DNA of 64,000 nt from an uncultured Clostridium sp. (lineage in GTDB: Bacteria > Bacillota > Clostridia > TANB77 > CAG-465): positions 15,326 to 79,325 of the forward strand of contig USES01000002.1 in the NCBI GenBank assembly GCA_900553785.1, read 5' to 3'. Below the pieces are notes generated by a model that made no database searches, was not told the origin of the DNA, and saw nothing but the letters and a program-made list of their open reading frames with translations. This document shows, in pieces, positions 37,001-46,411 of the stretch (position 1 is its first letter; every line of letters begins with the position of its first letter). Made by a program: the position numbers and the translations under genes.

Positions 37001-39350
37001 GGATATAGTATGTACTACTAATGAAGAAACTGGGGAAGAATCTTGTTCTATTATAACGTTATCTTGTTCAGATGATTCAAACTGTGCTGCAGCTTTAGCT
37101 GCTATGAACCGAGCAGAAAGTGCTATGGATACAGCAAAAGGCGTATATAATACAGCTTTAAGCAATTTAATAAAGGCGTATGATGCAGAGAAAAGAGCAA
37201 TTCAACACTTTGATGAAGCATATTACATTCAAGAAAATCTATGGAATAAGTATAAGAAATTAGATGTTGAAGGTGTTTCTAAACTTATAGGTTTAGATGT
37301 TAAATTTGATTATTCTAGTGGTAATGCTAAACTTGGCGATGTGGATTTAATGACAGTTGTATCTCACACATATGAGTTAAAAAGTGATAATACGATAGCT
37401 TTAAGTGGCAGATATGGTGAAATGATTGATCTTGTTGCTTCAAGACAGACTCTAACAAGTGGACAAAAGAATTATTATACAAATGGTATACCTGCTTCTT
37501 GGATTGAAAATTCAAAGAATGGTATAGGAAAAGATTATTATAGTAACAATACATATAAAATACCAATTACAAGGTTAAATGGAACAAGAATTTTAGCTGG
37601 TAGAACAGATTACAGTATTGATACTTCAAATAGAGTAGGAAAGAGTTCAACTGTATCAGACAATATGTATTATACAATTGAGGAAGATAAGGAAAACAAG
37701 GTTATAACAGAGCATATATTTGATGTTAACTCTAATTCAAAATTCTCAAAAAGCTATGGTGTAACACAAAAAAATAGTGAAGAATTTAATGTATATACTC
37801 CACTAAAAATTGAAACAACGGTTAACCAAGATATAGATATAATAGACCAGACTAAGAAAAACAATTATAGCAATACGGATGTTATACAGGCCAACTCTAC
37901 ATTTACAGTAAACTTTAATTTTCCAAAGGATAAGAGTTATACAAATCAACCAAGTAATTTTACTTCAAGGTATAAACATACTGTATATATTAAGTTTGAA
38001 TTTGCAGTAACTAATGCGAACTACATAGGTTCAGAAGGATATAGTAGGTCACATGGTTCATATGAAGCAAATGAATGGATAGGCCCAATATATGGAGACA
38101 GTATCACAGCTGTACCGTACCTAAATACAGTTCAGGGTGAAAGTGTAACAGATCAAACATATAATTACTATGTAATTGCCACTGCTGTAAATACTAATGA
38201 AAGCTGGACAAAGTTGCTATTGAAGTATATTAACACTAGTTTGAATGATTTAAAAAATTCGGATTTGAAGAATACACTTAATAACGCATGTGGAGATGAA
38301 GGCGGCGGAAAGCTTAGTTATTATGCGGATAATGTTGGTACTGATGGTAAAGGTGGAACACTTATAATTGTAAATAGAATATATGACTTTAGAGTAACAG
38401 ACTTAAAGGATATAGATTGGAAAGATGTATTTAGAAATAATTTGTCTAGTAGTTTTGTTAACCAACATTCTGGAATTGCATATTATGCTGGATTAAACAA
38501 ATGGAATACTAAAAATCCATTAAAATATAATCAGATTATTGGTAGAACTGAAGACGAAATTGGAACATCGCCTAGTAGAATATTGCCTTTAGGACCATAT
38601 AAAAATACTAACACATCATATATTTCAGCTCCTAAGATGGGATATAGATTTAGTTTTGATTTTAAAGTATCTGGTGCTGAAAATAGTAAAAAGTATGTTG
38701 AAATATATCCAAGCTTTTACTATGTATCTAAAGACGGTAAGAATTTCTATACAGAAGGAAAAGGCGGAATATATTTGTTCTACAAGAATAGCCAAGGGCA
38801 GTATGTAAAGGTCGGTTCAGGTAGTGATAACTATAAGATACAATTTACACCGAACGATGGTTATAGGTCTTTGGTACAAACGGATGTAAGAAACTTAAAT
38901 TCTAAAGTTGTAACGTTAGGTTCACTTACAGATTTGAAGTTAACTTACTCACAAACAACAACTGTATCTATAAACGATGCTGCAATCACATATTATGGAG
39001 AATATAAACTTCCAAATTCTACTATAGCTGTAAAAGTAGATAATAACGGTAACTACGACATAAATAAACCTTTAACAGATGGTTATATTGGTGTAGTATT
39101 TGATATTCAAGCACATGAACCAACAGGTGTGGATTTAGTGTACGGTAAAAATTCATATAATAACAAAACTAATACAAGTCAGTGGGATTATGAAGGATAC
39201 CTCGGAATGTCAAAACCAGGAAGCAGTTATTCTACAACCTTGAAACTTGAAAAAGGTACATGGAAAATAGACAACACAACATATAACAAGATAAAAGGAA
39301 CAGTAATTTTGTACGATACAGACAGTAGAGCATCAAATGATTTTAACTAG
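34089..39350 (+). CDS. Giant (1753-aa) secreted protein, probable surface adhesin or fibre component
   Basis: Signal peptide MKLKGKFLTSIAMFMLFVCMLKSVLA. There are two MucBP-like units (...YGYSYVGYIED... and ...YEYVGYELKL...VTITFYYTRK) and a coiled-coil/Cys cluster. I see no LPXTG, SLH or C-terminal TM segment. Confidence 0.6.
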   Translation: MKLKGKFLTSIAMFMLFVCMLKSVLAVGSVYQTIIKYDTNESALIYRTIARPHTSTLNIFDKYNDWKASFVDSAEPTWQTYKAKDLIFTKGEIGVYGTSSNSPFGYARFLQSDSNDSESQNAFLSSDPAAVKKWVDTGYAEGRITHVKNATVDDKKYSDSDSHVPTPMFYAYSNNSGTPRAIMSYLNKESFDNYNANTISSVGASKVFPLLFNYIADPDNKGYLWVRPFNNSVAQFSVSGVVPFKTIRAMLYTTDANLANKMPSSNDSVTNSYYIEDVYLEPTVTQQLLDYYNNCQDQGNQNCNVYVSAIPATNAIWSDSASTKFYMLTPASFLYSKVRDFYGNGWSAGTLGRDNDGLGSGLNLWDNKLVLPTDVRHNKKIVVNHIAVDKDSKKHITYRLLESEERAVETLTAGNNSSSFYDINSLYLNSDKTLTGSVTKSKLLVDKTTIQENMLQYEIIAPNANTKYKVNKLTNLDYGYSYVGYIEDTLTKIEILNGSSTYFENKYKAKKQGDPIFDIPDDTDEIIINLFYEMDVKDVNVINKVCKDNDGILQTGEGSCVTIEGNKQIDLIHPENQNHSVVQFNGNTNEEKYTVNAAYDVEAENVNTETYEYVGYELKLTKNGSERIIRNSKEESCIATAKETETDEVTITFYYTRKATITKKPESKPNPDVPGTLTVLSTNPTDRTCEGNLYSVPTNARDNTNDIYVGIKNTPTYVLAGINVEQKDTKSSSHKVKINLTINFGPKPNVKTWTIEVPYSLSYYAIQELLIYKYKVAEIYSSGMANTKGEPLFNEKVSRITPVKTSELTLNASANSKISYTDTNNWKNYLVTSFKTNYIIPNVNPIDFYENKYGRTIWYDLYGGKKETKTYTQKDQSIDTYIKTDLSNAYRKITLDGSVDISISLLDSKIFGYIDTGNDVLEEQDLIDRKQYTNRCIENLNSAREDYRRAVSEYNAAVERYNKAEASRKKTDIVCTTNEETGEESCSIITLSCSDDSNCAAALAAMNRAESAMDTAKGVYNTALSNLIKAYDAEKRAIQHFDEAYYIQENLWNKYKKLDVEGVSKLIGLDVKFDYSSGNAKLGDVDLMTVVSHTYELKSDNTIALSGRYGEMIDLVASRQTLTSGQKNYYTNGIPASWIENSKNGIGKDYYSNNTYKIPITRLNGTRILAGRTDYSIDTSNRVGKSSTVSDNMYYTIEEDKENKVITEHIFDVNSNSKFSKSYGVTQKNSEEFNVYTPLKIETTVNQDIDIIDQTKKNNYSNTDVIQANSTFTVNFNFPKDKSYTNQPSNFTSRYKHTVYIKFEFAVTNANYIGSEGYSRSHGSYEANEWIGPIYGDSITAVPYLNTVQGESVTDQTYNYYVIATAVNTNESWTKLLLKYINTSLNDLKNSDLKNTLNNACGDEGGGKLSYYADNVGTDGKGGTLIIVNRIYDFRVTDLKDIDWKDVFRNNLSSSFVNQHSGIAYYAGLNKWNTKNPLKYNQIIGRTEDEIGTSPSRILPLGPYKNTNTSYISAPKMGYRFSFDFKVSGAENSKKYVEIYPSFYYVSKDGKNFYTEGKGGIYLFYKNSQGQYVKVGSGSDNYKIQFTPNDGYRSLVQTDVRNLNSKVVTLGSLTDLKLTYSQTTTVSINDAAITYYGEYKLPNSTIAVKVDNNGNYDINKPLTDGYIGVVFDIQAHEPTGVDLVYGKNSYNNKTNTSQWDYEGYLGMSKPGSSYSTTLKLEKGTWKIDNTTYNKIKGTVILYDTDSRASNDFN

Positions 39351-39459
39351 ATAATGACTAATTTAAGAAGAAATGGTATATAATGCCATTTCTTCTTATT
39401 GTATAGTTGACATAGAGTTTGGTAAAATATATAATCTAATAAGAATTAAGAGGTAACAT

Positions 39460-40374
39460 ATGAAAAATTGGATTAAGTTTTTAATAGTGTTAATAATATG
39501 TATAGTAGTTGTAGGCGCAGTATATGTTTGGAAGTTTGGTTTGCCAGCTTTCTTAAGCAAAGATGAAAGGTATATCAAAGAATTATATTCAAGTATTGTT
39601 TTTGAAGATGAAAATATACAAAAAACTCTTGAAGGTAAAAAAATAACATTTACAAAAAAAGTTGAGCCATCTGAAAATGAAGAATCAGCTGGAGAAAATG
39701 TAGAAACTATAGAATTTCATTTGGAAAATGGAATATTATCTACTGTTATACAAGAAGGTAGTGTATCGCCAACCTTTATTAGTGAAGCAATAAAAGCTGT
39801 ATTTTTACAAGCAGCAAGGTTAAATGCTCAAAGTGAGGAAAATGCAATATATTCCCTTATTCCAGATATTATAGCGGACAAAAAACTGCAAGAAGATGGA
39901 TATCAACTAATAAGTCAAAATGGTGTTACAAGGTTTAGTATGAAAACCAACAAAAAGTTTAACTTAGCTAACGGTGAAGATGTATATATTAAAATCTCAG
40001 ATATAGAAAGCGTTGCGGATGTATTAAAGTACAAATTGCAGAGCAAAATAATAGAAAAACCAGGTATTGTTTTAGAAAAAACAGTTAGCTATTCAGGCGA
40101 TTTAGTATATATAATCTATGAAAAGGAAAAGCTTACAGATAGAACATATAATTCATTTGTATCTTTAATTACTGGCTTGTTAAAAAGCAAAGAAAGGGTA
40201 GAATATGTAAAGGCTAATTATCCTGTTATAACAAGAAGTGGAACTTTAACATTAAAAGGAGTTACTATTTCACTTAACGAAAAAATAAATGAAAATAACA
40301 TCCATGTGTATGAAGTTCCTGATGAATATGAGTATATGGTAGTAAGGATAGATATTAACGAAGTAGAAAGGTAG
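39460..40374 (+). CDS. N-terminally anchored hypothetical protein
   Basis: RBS is present, the TM segment is FLIVLIICIVVVGAVYVW, and I recognise no motif. Confidence 0.4.
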   Translation: MKNWIKFLIVLIICIVVVGAVYVWKFGLPAFLSKDERYIKELYSSIVFEDENIQKTLEGKKITFTKKVEPSENEESAGENVETIEFHLENGILSTVIQEGSVSPTFISEAIKAVFLQAARLNAQSEENAIYSLIPDIIADKKLQEDGYQLISQNGVTRFSMKTNKKFNLANGEDVYIKISDIESVADVLKYKLQSKIIEKPGIVLEKTVSYSGDLVYIIYEKEKLTDRTYNSFVSLITGLLKSKERVEYVKANYPVITRSGTLTLKGVTISLNEKINENNIHVYEVPDEYEYMVVRIDINEVER

Positions 40375-40381
40375 GATTAAC

Positions 40382-41482
40382 GTGGTAGATTACAAAAAAA
40401 CAGCGATTAATGTAATTGGTTTATTACTTATTTGTGCGACTGTTTTAGGAGCAATATTTTTGAGTGTGTATTTTTGGCCGTTTTTAGTAGCTATAATATT
40501 TGCAATTGTCCTAGAAAGAAGTATAAATTTTATAGTAAAGAAAACAAAAGCTCCAAGGAAAGCCGTAGCTACAGCTTTGGTTGTTTTAGTTTATTTAATA
40601 ATTGCAATTTTAGCTTACTTAATTGTATCTAGTTTAATAAGAGAAGCAATATCTTTAAGTACCAAACTTCCTAGTGTATACGATCAATTAAAGGAAAATT
40701 ACACAGGAATGTATAAAGATTTGACAAAGATGATTTCAGATTTGCCAGAAACAGTTTCTAATAGTATATATAAAACTGGTCTTGAATTATTAGATAATGT
40801 TACAAAAGTTGCAGGAAATATATTAAAAGGTGTGGTAGATTTTGTATTAGCACTGCCAGATATTATGATATATGTAGTAGTTACTTTTTTAGCAACATTG
40901 TTTTTAGTAACAGACAGAAGAACCATATCTAGGTATGCAGAAGAGCTTTTGCCTAATAAAACATATAAAAAGATTTCTAATGTTATGATGGGATGTTTCA
41001 AAACTTTAGGAAAATATTTGAAATCTCAGTGTATATTGATATGTATAACTTTTATTGAGTTGTTCATTTCGTTTATTATATTAAAACAGCCATATCCATT
41101 AACATTAGCAGTTGTTGTTGCTATAGTTGACGCTCTTCCTATACTTGGAACAGGAACAGTTTTAATACCATGGGCAATATATGCGGCAGTTACGGGAGAT
41201 ATTGGGCTAGGTGTTGGACTTATGGTAGCATATATTATAATTACAATAGTAAGGCAGCTTATAGAACCTAAAATTGTTAGTGATAATTTAGGGATACACC
41301 CATTTGTTACATTGATTGCTATGTATGTTGGTTTTAAAATATTTGGATTACTTGGCTTAATAATTGGGCCAGTAGTAATGGTAATATATAAAAATGTATT
41401 TTCTATTATGTTTGAAACTGGATATTTAAAAAGGATTTTCGTGTACAAAAAAGAAAAAATTGTTAAACAAGATGCTAAATAA
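40382..41482 (+). CDS. AI-2E family transporter (YtvI-like sporulation integral membrane protein)
   Basis: Polytopic profile, with the conserved ...DALPILGTGTVLIPW... and ...HPFVTLIAMYVG... regions typical of the AI-2E/PerM family. Confidence 0.7.
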   Translation: MVDYKKTAINVIGLLLICATVLGAIFLSVYFWPFLVAIIFAIVLERSINFIVKKTKAPRKAVATALVVLVYLIIAILAYLIVSSLIREAISLSTKLPSVYDQLKENYTGMYKDLTKMISDLPETVSNSIYKTGLELLDNVTKVAGNILKGVVDFVLALPDIMIYVVVTFLATLFLVTDRRTISRYAEELLPNKTYKKISNVMMGCFKTLGKYLKSQCILICITFIELFISFIILKQPYPLTLAVVVAIVDALPILGTGTVLIPWAIYAAVTGDIGLGVGLMVAYIIITIVRQLIEPKIVSDNLGIHPFVTLIAMYVGFKIFGLLGLIIGPVVMVIYKNVFSIMFETGYLKRIFVYKKEKIVKQDAK

Positions 41483-41600
41483 TTAGAATTACTAAGGACT
41501 TGAATTAAAAAATAAGTCTTTGGTAATTTTTATATTATTTTACTTTTGCTTTCTGTATATTTAATAGTCACAAAGTTTGTTTAAATATTACGTATTTTAG

Positions 41601-41630
41601 TTGACATTAAACATATTTATATAATATAAT
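41601..41630 (+). promoter_or_regulatory. Sigma-A-type promoter for the acyl-CoA synthetase gene
   Basis: ttgaca, an 18-nt spacer, then tataat. Confidence 0.5.
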
Positions 41631-41664
41631 TAGCACCAAGTAACAATTATATGGAGGATATTGT

Positions 41665-43389
41665 ATGGAAAAGTGTAAAATGCCACAAAATTATACTACT
41701 ATAAAAGAATTGTTTTTGGGTAGTATAGATAAATATGCAAATGAAGTAGGTTTTTTAGAAAAAAGGCCAGGACATAAAGAGTTTAGAAATATAACATATA
41801 AAGAATTTGGAGAAGATGTAATAGCTTTAGGTACAGCTTTGGTTGAAAAATTAGGACTTGAAGGGGAAAGAATAGCTGTAATAGGAGAAAACAGCTACGA
41901 GTGGGCTGTATCATATTTTTCAGTAGCGTGTGGAGCAGGCATTGTTGTTCCAATAGATAAAGAATTGCCTAGCAATGAAATTGAAAACTTGGTTAGACGT
42001 TCTGAAGCTAAAGCTATCTTTTATTCACCAAGAAAAAGAGAAGTAATAGAAGAAGTAAAAAAAGCAGATACAAACCTAAAATATTTCATAGAATTGTATC
42101 CAACAGAGGATAAGACACCTGTAAATATAGACGAAGAAAACCACACTATAGATGAATTAATAGAATGTGGAAAAGGTATGGATAGTAAAAGATATTTAGA
42201 TATAAAAATAGATCCAGAAGAGTTCAGAATTCTTTTATTTACATCTGGTACTACACAAGAGGCTAAGGGTGTAATGCTTACTAATAGAAATATTATGAGT
42301 AATTTACATGCGGCTATAAAGATAGTACATTTGTACGATGGTGATAGATTTTTCTCTGTTTTACCACTTCATCACTCTTATGAATCAAGTATAGGTATGA
42401 TGATACCAATATATAACGGATTATCTATTGCTTACGCAGGTGGCCTAAAATCTATTGCAAATGATTTGAAAGAAACTAAACCTACAGTTATGCTTGTTGT
42501 TCCAGCTTTAATAGAAAATTTAGTAAAGAAAATAAATAGAGAGATAGATAAAAAAGGAAAAACAAAATTAGTTGATTACGTTATTAAAGCTACAAATATG
42601 TTGGGTTCTCTTGGATGGAAAATGAAGAAAGAATTACTAAAAGATGTCCATGCAGCATTAGGTGGAAGAGTGAGGCTTATTGTTTCTGCAGCAGCTCCAA
42701 TAGATCCTGCTATAGGTAAAAGAATAGAAGACTTTGGAATACTTTTTGTACAAGGTTATGGCTTGACAGAAACGTCTCCTTTGGCTGCCCTTGTTCCTTT
42801 TGATAATAGAAAAGTAGCTTCAGTTGGAATTGCAGCTTCTTGTTGTGAGATAAAAATAAATGAGCCAAACGAAGAGGGAATAGGTGAAGTATTTATTAAA
42901 GGAGAAAATGTAACACAAGGTTATTACAAAAATAAAGAAGAAACGGAAAAAGCTATCACTGATGGTTGGTTCCATTCAGGTGACCTTGGTTATTTTGATA
43001 AAGATGGCTTTTTATATTTAACAGGTCGCTCTAAAAACCTAATAATAACAGGGAATGGAAAGAATGTATATCCTGAAGAAATAGAAACTTTAATAAACAA
43101 AATAGGTTATGTAAATGAATCAATGGTTTATGCAAAGCCTGACCCTAAAGATAAAAATGAACAAATAATAGCAGTTAAAGTAACATTAGATGAAGCTTAT
43201 TTGGAAGAAAAATTTGGCGATAATATTCCAAGTGATGATGAGCTTCATGAGCTTATTTGGCAAGAAATAAAAGAAATAAACCATACACTTGTACCATATA
43301 AGTGGGTAAAAGAGCTTGAAATAAAGAAAGAAGACTTTGTAAAAACAACAACTATGAAGATAAAAAGATATGAAGAAATGAAAAAATAA
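41665..43389 (+). CDS. AMP-dependent long-chain acyl-CoA synthetase
   Basis: AMP-binding signature LFTSGTTQEAKGV, plus GYGLTETSP and GDLGYFDKDGFLYLTGR. Confidence 0.8.
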   Translation: MEKCKMPQNYTTIKELFLGSIDKYANEVGFLEKRPGHKEFRNITYKEFGEDVIALGTALVEKLGLEGERIAVIGENSYEWAVSYFSVACGAGIVVPIDKELPSNEIENLVRRSEAKAIFYSPRKREVIEEVKKADTNLKYFIELYPTEDKTPVNIDEENHTIDELIECGKGMDSKRYLDIKIDPEEFRILLFTSGTTQEAKGVMLTNRNIMSNLHAAIKIVHLYDGDRFFSVLPLHHSYESSIGMMIPIYNGLSIAYAGGLKSIANDLKETKPTVMLVVPALIENLVKKINREIDKKGKTKLVDYVIKATNMLGSLGWKMKKELLKDVHAALGGRVRLIVSAAAPIDPAIGKRIEDFGILFVQGYGLTETSPLAALVPFDNRKVASVGIAASCCEIKINEPNEEGIGEVFIKGENVTQGYYKNKEETEKAITDGWFHSGDLGYFDKDGFLYLTGRSKNLIITGNGKNVYPEEIETLINKIGYVNESMVYAKPDPKDKNEQIIAVKVTLDEAYLEEKFGDNIPSDDELHELIWQEIKEINHTLVPYKWVKELEIKKEDFVKTTTMKIKRYEEMKK

Positions 43390-43518
43390 TAATTTAAAAG
43401 GCATCTAGTAAGGATGCCTTTCAAAGTTTTATATCATAAAAAATAATAACAAGTGATTTTGGTTGTTTTTTCTATTTTTTATGATATAATATCTACGTAT
43501 AAGTTTGGAGGAACGGTT

Positions 43519-44067
43519 ATGAAGAAGTTTTTAAGGGTAATGATAATAATATTTTCTTTATTAGTAGTTGCAGTATCAGCAGTGGTATTACTTTCTATAA
43601 CAAATATATTGGATGCAAGCTGCGTTGTAAAGGGCTTAGCTTTCTTAGGAGCAACTAAAGTAAGAGTTATAATCTCTTTTGCAGTATTTATATTATTAGG
43701 ATTACTAGGAATATTTAGTATTATTGTAAGTGATTGTTTAACTCAAGATGTAAAAGGTGGAGTAGTACTTCCGCTTGCAGTTGGAAGTGTTCATATTTCT
43801 AATCAAACATTTGAAAATATAGTTTTAAATGTATCAAAAAAATATGGTTCACTTAGAACAAATAGAGTTTCTGTTAAGATGACTGAAGCTGGTATTGATG
43901 TAGAAGTATTTGCTTATGTATTGCAAGATACTGTGATTTCAGATATAACAGATAAATTACAAAAAGACATAAAAGAAACAGTTTTAAAACAAACGACTGT
44001 TGAAGTACATAATGTAAATGTAAAAATAAAAGGAATATACGAATTAGCACAGGCAAAGGAGCAATAA
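43519..44067 (+). CDS. Asp23/Gls24 family envelope stress protein with an N-terminal membrane anchor
   Basis: ATG lies behind a ggagga RBS. The C-terminal ...ISNQTFENIVLNV...VEVHNVNVKIKGI follows the Asp23 pattern. The neighbourhood (DUF2273, nusB) is the usual one. Confidence 0.65.
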   Translation: MKKFLRVMIIIFSLLVVAVSAVVLLSITNILDASCVVKGLAFLGATKVRVIISFAVFILLGLLGIFSIIVSDCLTQDVKGGVVLPLAVGSVHISNQTFENIVLNVSKKYGSLRTNRVSVKMTEAGIDVEVFAYVLQDTVISDITDKLQKDIKETVLKQTTVEVHNVNVKIKGIYELAQAKEQ

Positions 44068-44086
44068 AAGCTAGGAGTGATAGGAT

Positions 44087-44338
44087 TTGAAAAAAACTAG
44101 TTTTTTAGATTTTCTAATTAAAAATAGGTATTCTATAATAGGCGTAGCAGTGGTATTAGTAGTGACTTATCTAGGTTGGATTCCAAAGCTAATAGAAATT
44201 GTAGTTGTGCTAGGCTTAGTATGGCTTGCAATTTACGTAGGAAAAAGAATACAAGAAGATGAATCATACATAAGTAGAAAAATAGATGAAAATTTAGATA
44301 AATATAATAAGGAAAATGAGGATAAAGAAGATGAGTAG
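44087..44338 (+). CDS. DUF2273-like small membrane protein
   Basis: Two TM helices. It sits immediately after the asp23-family gene, as is usual in Firmicutes. Confidence 0.5.
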   Translation: MKKTSFLDFLIKNRYSIIGVAVVLVVTYLGWIPKLIEIVVVLGLVWLAIYVGKRIQEDESYISRKIDENLDKYNKENEDKEDE

Positions 44339-44744
44339 AAGAAAAGTAAGAGACATGGCTTTTAAATACGTTTATGCAATGTCTTACGGAAAAGAAGATA
44401 CCAATAACGTAATAGATAGTATTCTTGACTCTTATGAAGAGGAATTAACTACATTAGAAGGCGAAGATAAAGTTTTTTTTGAAGCGTTAACATCTGGTGT
44501 AGAAGAAAATTTGGATAAAATAGATGAACAAATATTGTCTAAATTAAAAAATTGGACAATAGCAAGAATATTTAAGATAGATTTAGCTATCTTAAGACTT
44601 GCAATATATGAAATAATTTACACAGACACTCCATATAAAGTTGCTATAAACGAAGCTGTGGAGTTAGCTAAAAAATACGGCAATGACGAATCATATACTT
44701 TCGTAAATGGAGTATTAAGAGAAATTGCAAAGGAGAAAAACTAG
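44331..44744 (+). CDS. nusB: Transcription antitermination factor NusB
   Basis: The sequence runs [16 protein letters not shown]...ILRLAIYEI...[11 protein letters not shown]. Confidence 0.85.
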   Translation: MSRRKVRDMAFKYVYAMSYGKEDTNNVIDSILDSYEEELTTLEGEDKVFFEALTSGVEENLDKIDEQILSKLKNWTIARIFKIDLAILRLAIYEIIYTDTPYKVAINEAVELAKKYGNDESYTFVNGVLREIAKEKN

Positions 44745-45934
44745 TGGAAGACAAGATATATTCTGTATCCAATATAAATAAATATATTAAGATGGTCTTT
44801 GATAAAGATACATTTTTATCTAATATAACTGTCCAAGGAGAAATAACTAACTTTAAGGCTCATTCTTCTGGACATTTATATTTTACATTAAAAGACGAGG
44901 CTTCAACTATTAAATGTATAATGTTTAGAAGTGCGGCCATGTCTTTAAAGTTTAGACCAAAAGATGGCGATAGTGTAATTATTAAAGGAGCAGTAAGCGT
45001 ATACGAAGTCGGTGGTACTTACCAATTGTATGTAAGGAATATGACTCAAGCTGGAATAGGTGCCCTATATGAAAAATACGAGGAATTAAAACAAAAATTA
45101 GAGCGTGAAGGCTTGTTTGACACAGCTCATAAAAAGCAGATTCCGTTTTTACCAAAAAGAGTGGGAGTTATTACTTCTCCAACGGGTGCAGTAATAAGAG
45201 ATATTATAAATGTAAGTACACGTAGATTTAGTCACGTTAATCTTTTAGTATATCCTGCAGCTGTGCAAGGAGAAAATGTAGCTAGCACTGTAATAAATGG
45301 AATTAGGACTCTTAATAAAAGAGATGATATAGACTGTATAATAATTGCACGTGGAGGAGGCTCATTTGAGGACTTATTTGGTTTCAACGATGAAAATTTA
45401 GCACGTGAGATATACATGTCAAGGATACCTATAGTATCTGCAGTAGGTCATGAGACAGACTTTACCATTTGTGATTTTGTGTCAGATTTGCGTGCGCCAA
45501 CGCCATCTGCAGCTGCTGAACTTGTGTATCCGTCTGAATTTGAGTTAAAACAAAAGCTTAATTCATATAGTTTAAGATTAAATACAGCTATAGGAAACTT
45601 TATTGCAAGAAGAAGACAATATTTAGAACAAACTAAATCATCAAGACTTGAGAAGACACCAAGAAATATAATAGCTAGAGATAGAATTATTGTAGATAAT
45701 TTTGGACGTAGAATAGAAACAAAAGTTAGTCACATGATGAAAGAGTACAGACTAAATTTAGAAAAGCAAGTTTCTTTGCTTGATTCATATAGCCCGCTAA
45801 AGACAATGGTAAGAGGGTATTCTGTAGTTGTTAATGTGGATAACAAGTGTGTAAAAAGCATAAATGATGTGGCATCTGGGGATAAGTTAAGAATAAAGGT
45901 TACAGATGGAGAGATTAAGGCTATAGCCGAATAG
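44744..45934 (+). CDS. xseA: Exodeoxyribonuclease VII large subunit
   Basis: GTG overlaps the nusB stop. The sequence shows an OB-fold N-terminus (GEITNFKAHSSGHLYFTLKD), then RGGGS and HETD. Confidence 0.9.
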   Translation: MEDKIYSVSNINKYIKMVFDKDTFLSNITVQGEITNFKAHSSGHLYFTLKDEASTIKCIMFRSAAMSLKFRPKDGDSVIIKGAVSVYEVGGTYQLYVRNMTQAGIGALYEKYEELKQKLEREGLFDTAHKKQIPFLPKRVGVITSPTGAVIRDIINVSTRRFSHVNLLVYPAAVQGENVASTVINGIRTLNKRDDIDCIIIARGGGSFEDLFGFNDENLAREIYMSRIPIVSAVGHETDFTICDFVSDLRAPTPSAAAELVYPSEFELKQKLNSYSLRLNTAIGNFIARRRQYLEQTKSSRLEKTPRNIIARDRIIVDNFGRRIETKVSHMMKEYRLNLEKQVSLLDSYSPLKTMVRGYSVVVNVDNKCVKSINDVASGDKLRIKVTDGEIKAIAE

Positions 45935-45951
45935 AAAAAGGAGAAAAAACT

Positions 45952-46167
45952 ATGAAAAGTTTTGAAGAAAATGTAAAAGAATTAGAAAAAGCAGTACAAT
46001 CTTTAGAAAAAGGTGAATTAAGTCTAGAAGATTCAATAAAAGTTTTTGAACAAGGAATAGCTTTATCTAAAGAATGTAATGATATATTAGATAATGCTGA
46101 AAAAAGAATAAATATATTAGTTGGAGAAAACATGGCAGACGAACAAAATTTCATACCAGAAGAGTAA
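45952..46167 (+). CDS. xseB: Exodeoxyribonuclease VII small subunit
   Basis: FEENVKELEKAVQSLEKGELSLEDSIKVFEQGIALSKEC matches the XseB pattern. Confidence 0.85.
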   Translation: MKSFEENVKELEKAVQSLEKGELSLEDSIKVFEQGIALSKECNDILDNAEKRINILVGENMADEQNFIPEE

Positions 46168-46218
46168 ATTTTGTATTTGTTTTAACATGTGATTCATAAT
46201 ATATCTAGGTGATATTTT

Positions 46219-46389
46219 GTGAATAAAAGAAATAAACATGTAAAGAAGTTAAAAGAAAATGTTGTAAAATCTAATGACAAAAGTGTGCTACAAGGCGATA
46301 ATTATGGTTATGATTTTGTTGCAGAACTTAGTAATTTTACCAACATAGATGAACAAAGGAAAAATGCAAAAAAATTAGAAAAGTTATAA
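46219..46389 (+). CDS. Possible 56-aa basic protein (not in the ORF track)
   Basis: GTG lies 6 nt after an aggtga RBS. The ORF fills the xseB-glyQS gap. I recognise no family. Confidence 0.25.
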   Translation: MNKRNKHVKKLKENVVKSNDKSVLQGDNYGYDFVAELSNFTNIDEQRKNAKKLEKL

Positions 46390-46411
46390 TATGAATTAGG
46401 GGAGATGTTTT

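Noticed and set aside
34089-39350. A sortase LPXTG signal, choline-binding or SLH anchor, or tandem Ig-like repeats in the giant protein.
   Set aside because: I scanned the translated sequence. There is no LPXTG plus hydrophobic tail at the C-terminus (it ends ...DTDSRASNDFN) and no long exact tandem repeats, so I did not call it a sortase substrate or a repeat adhesin.
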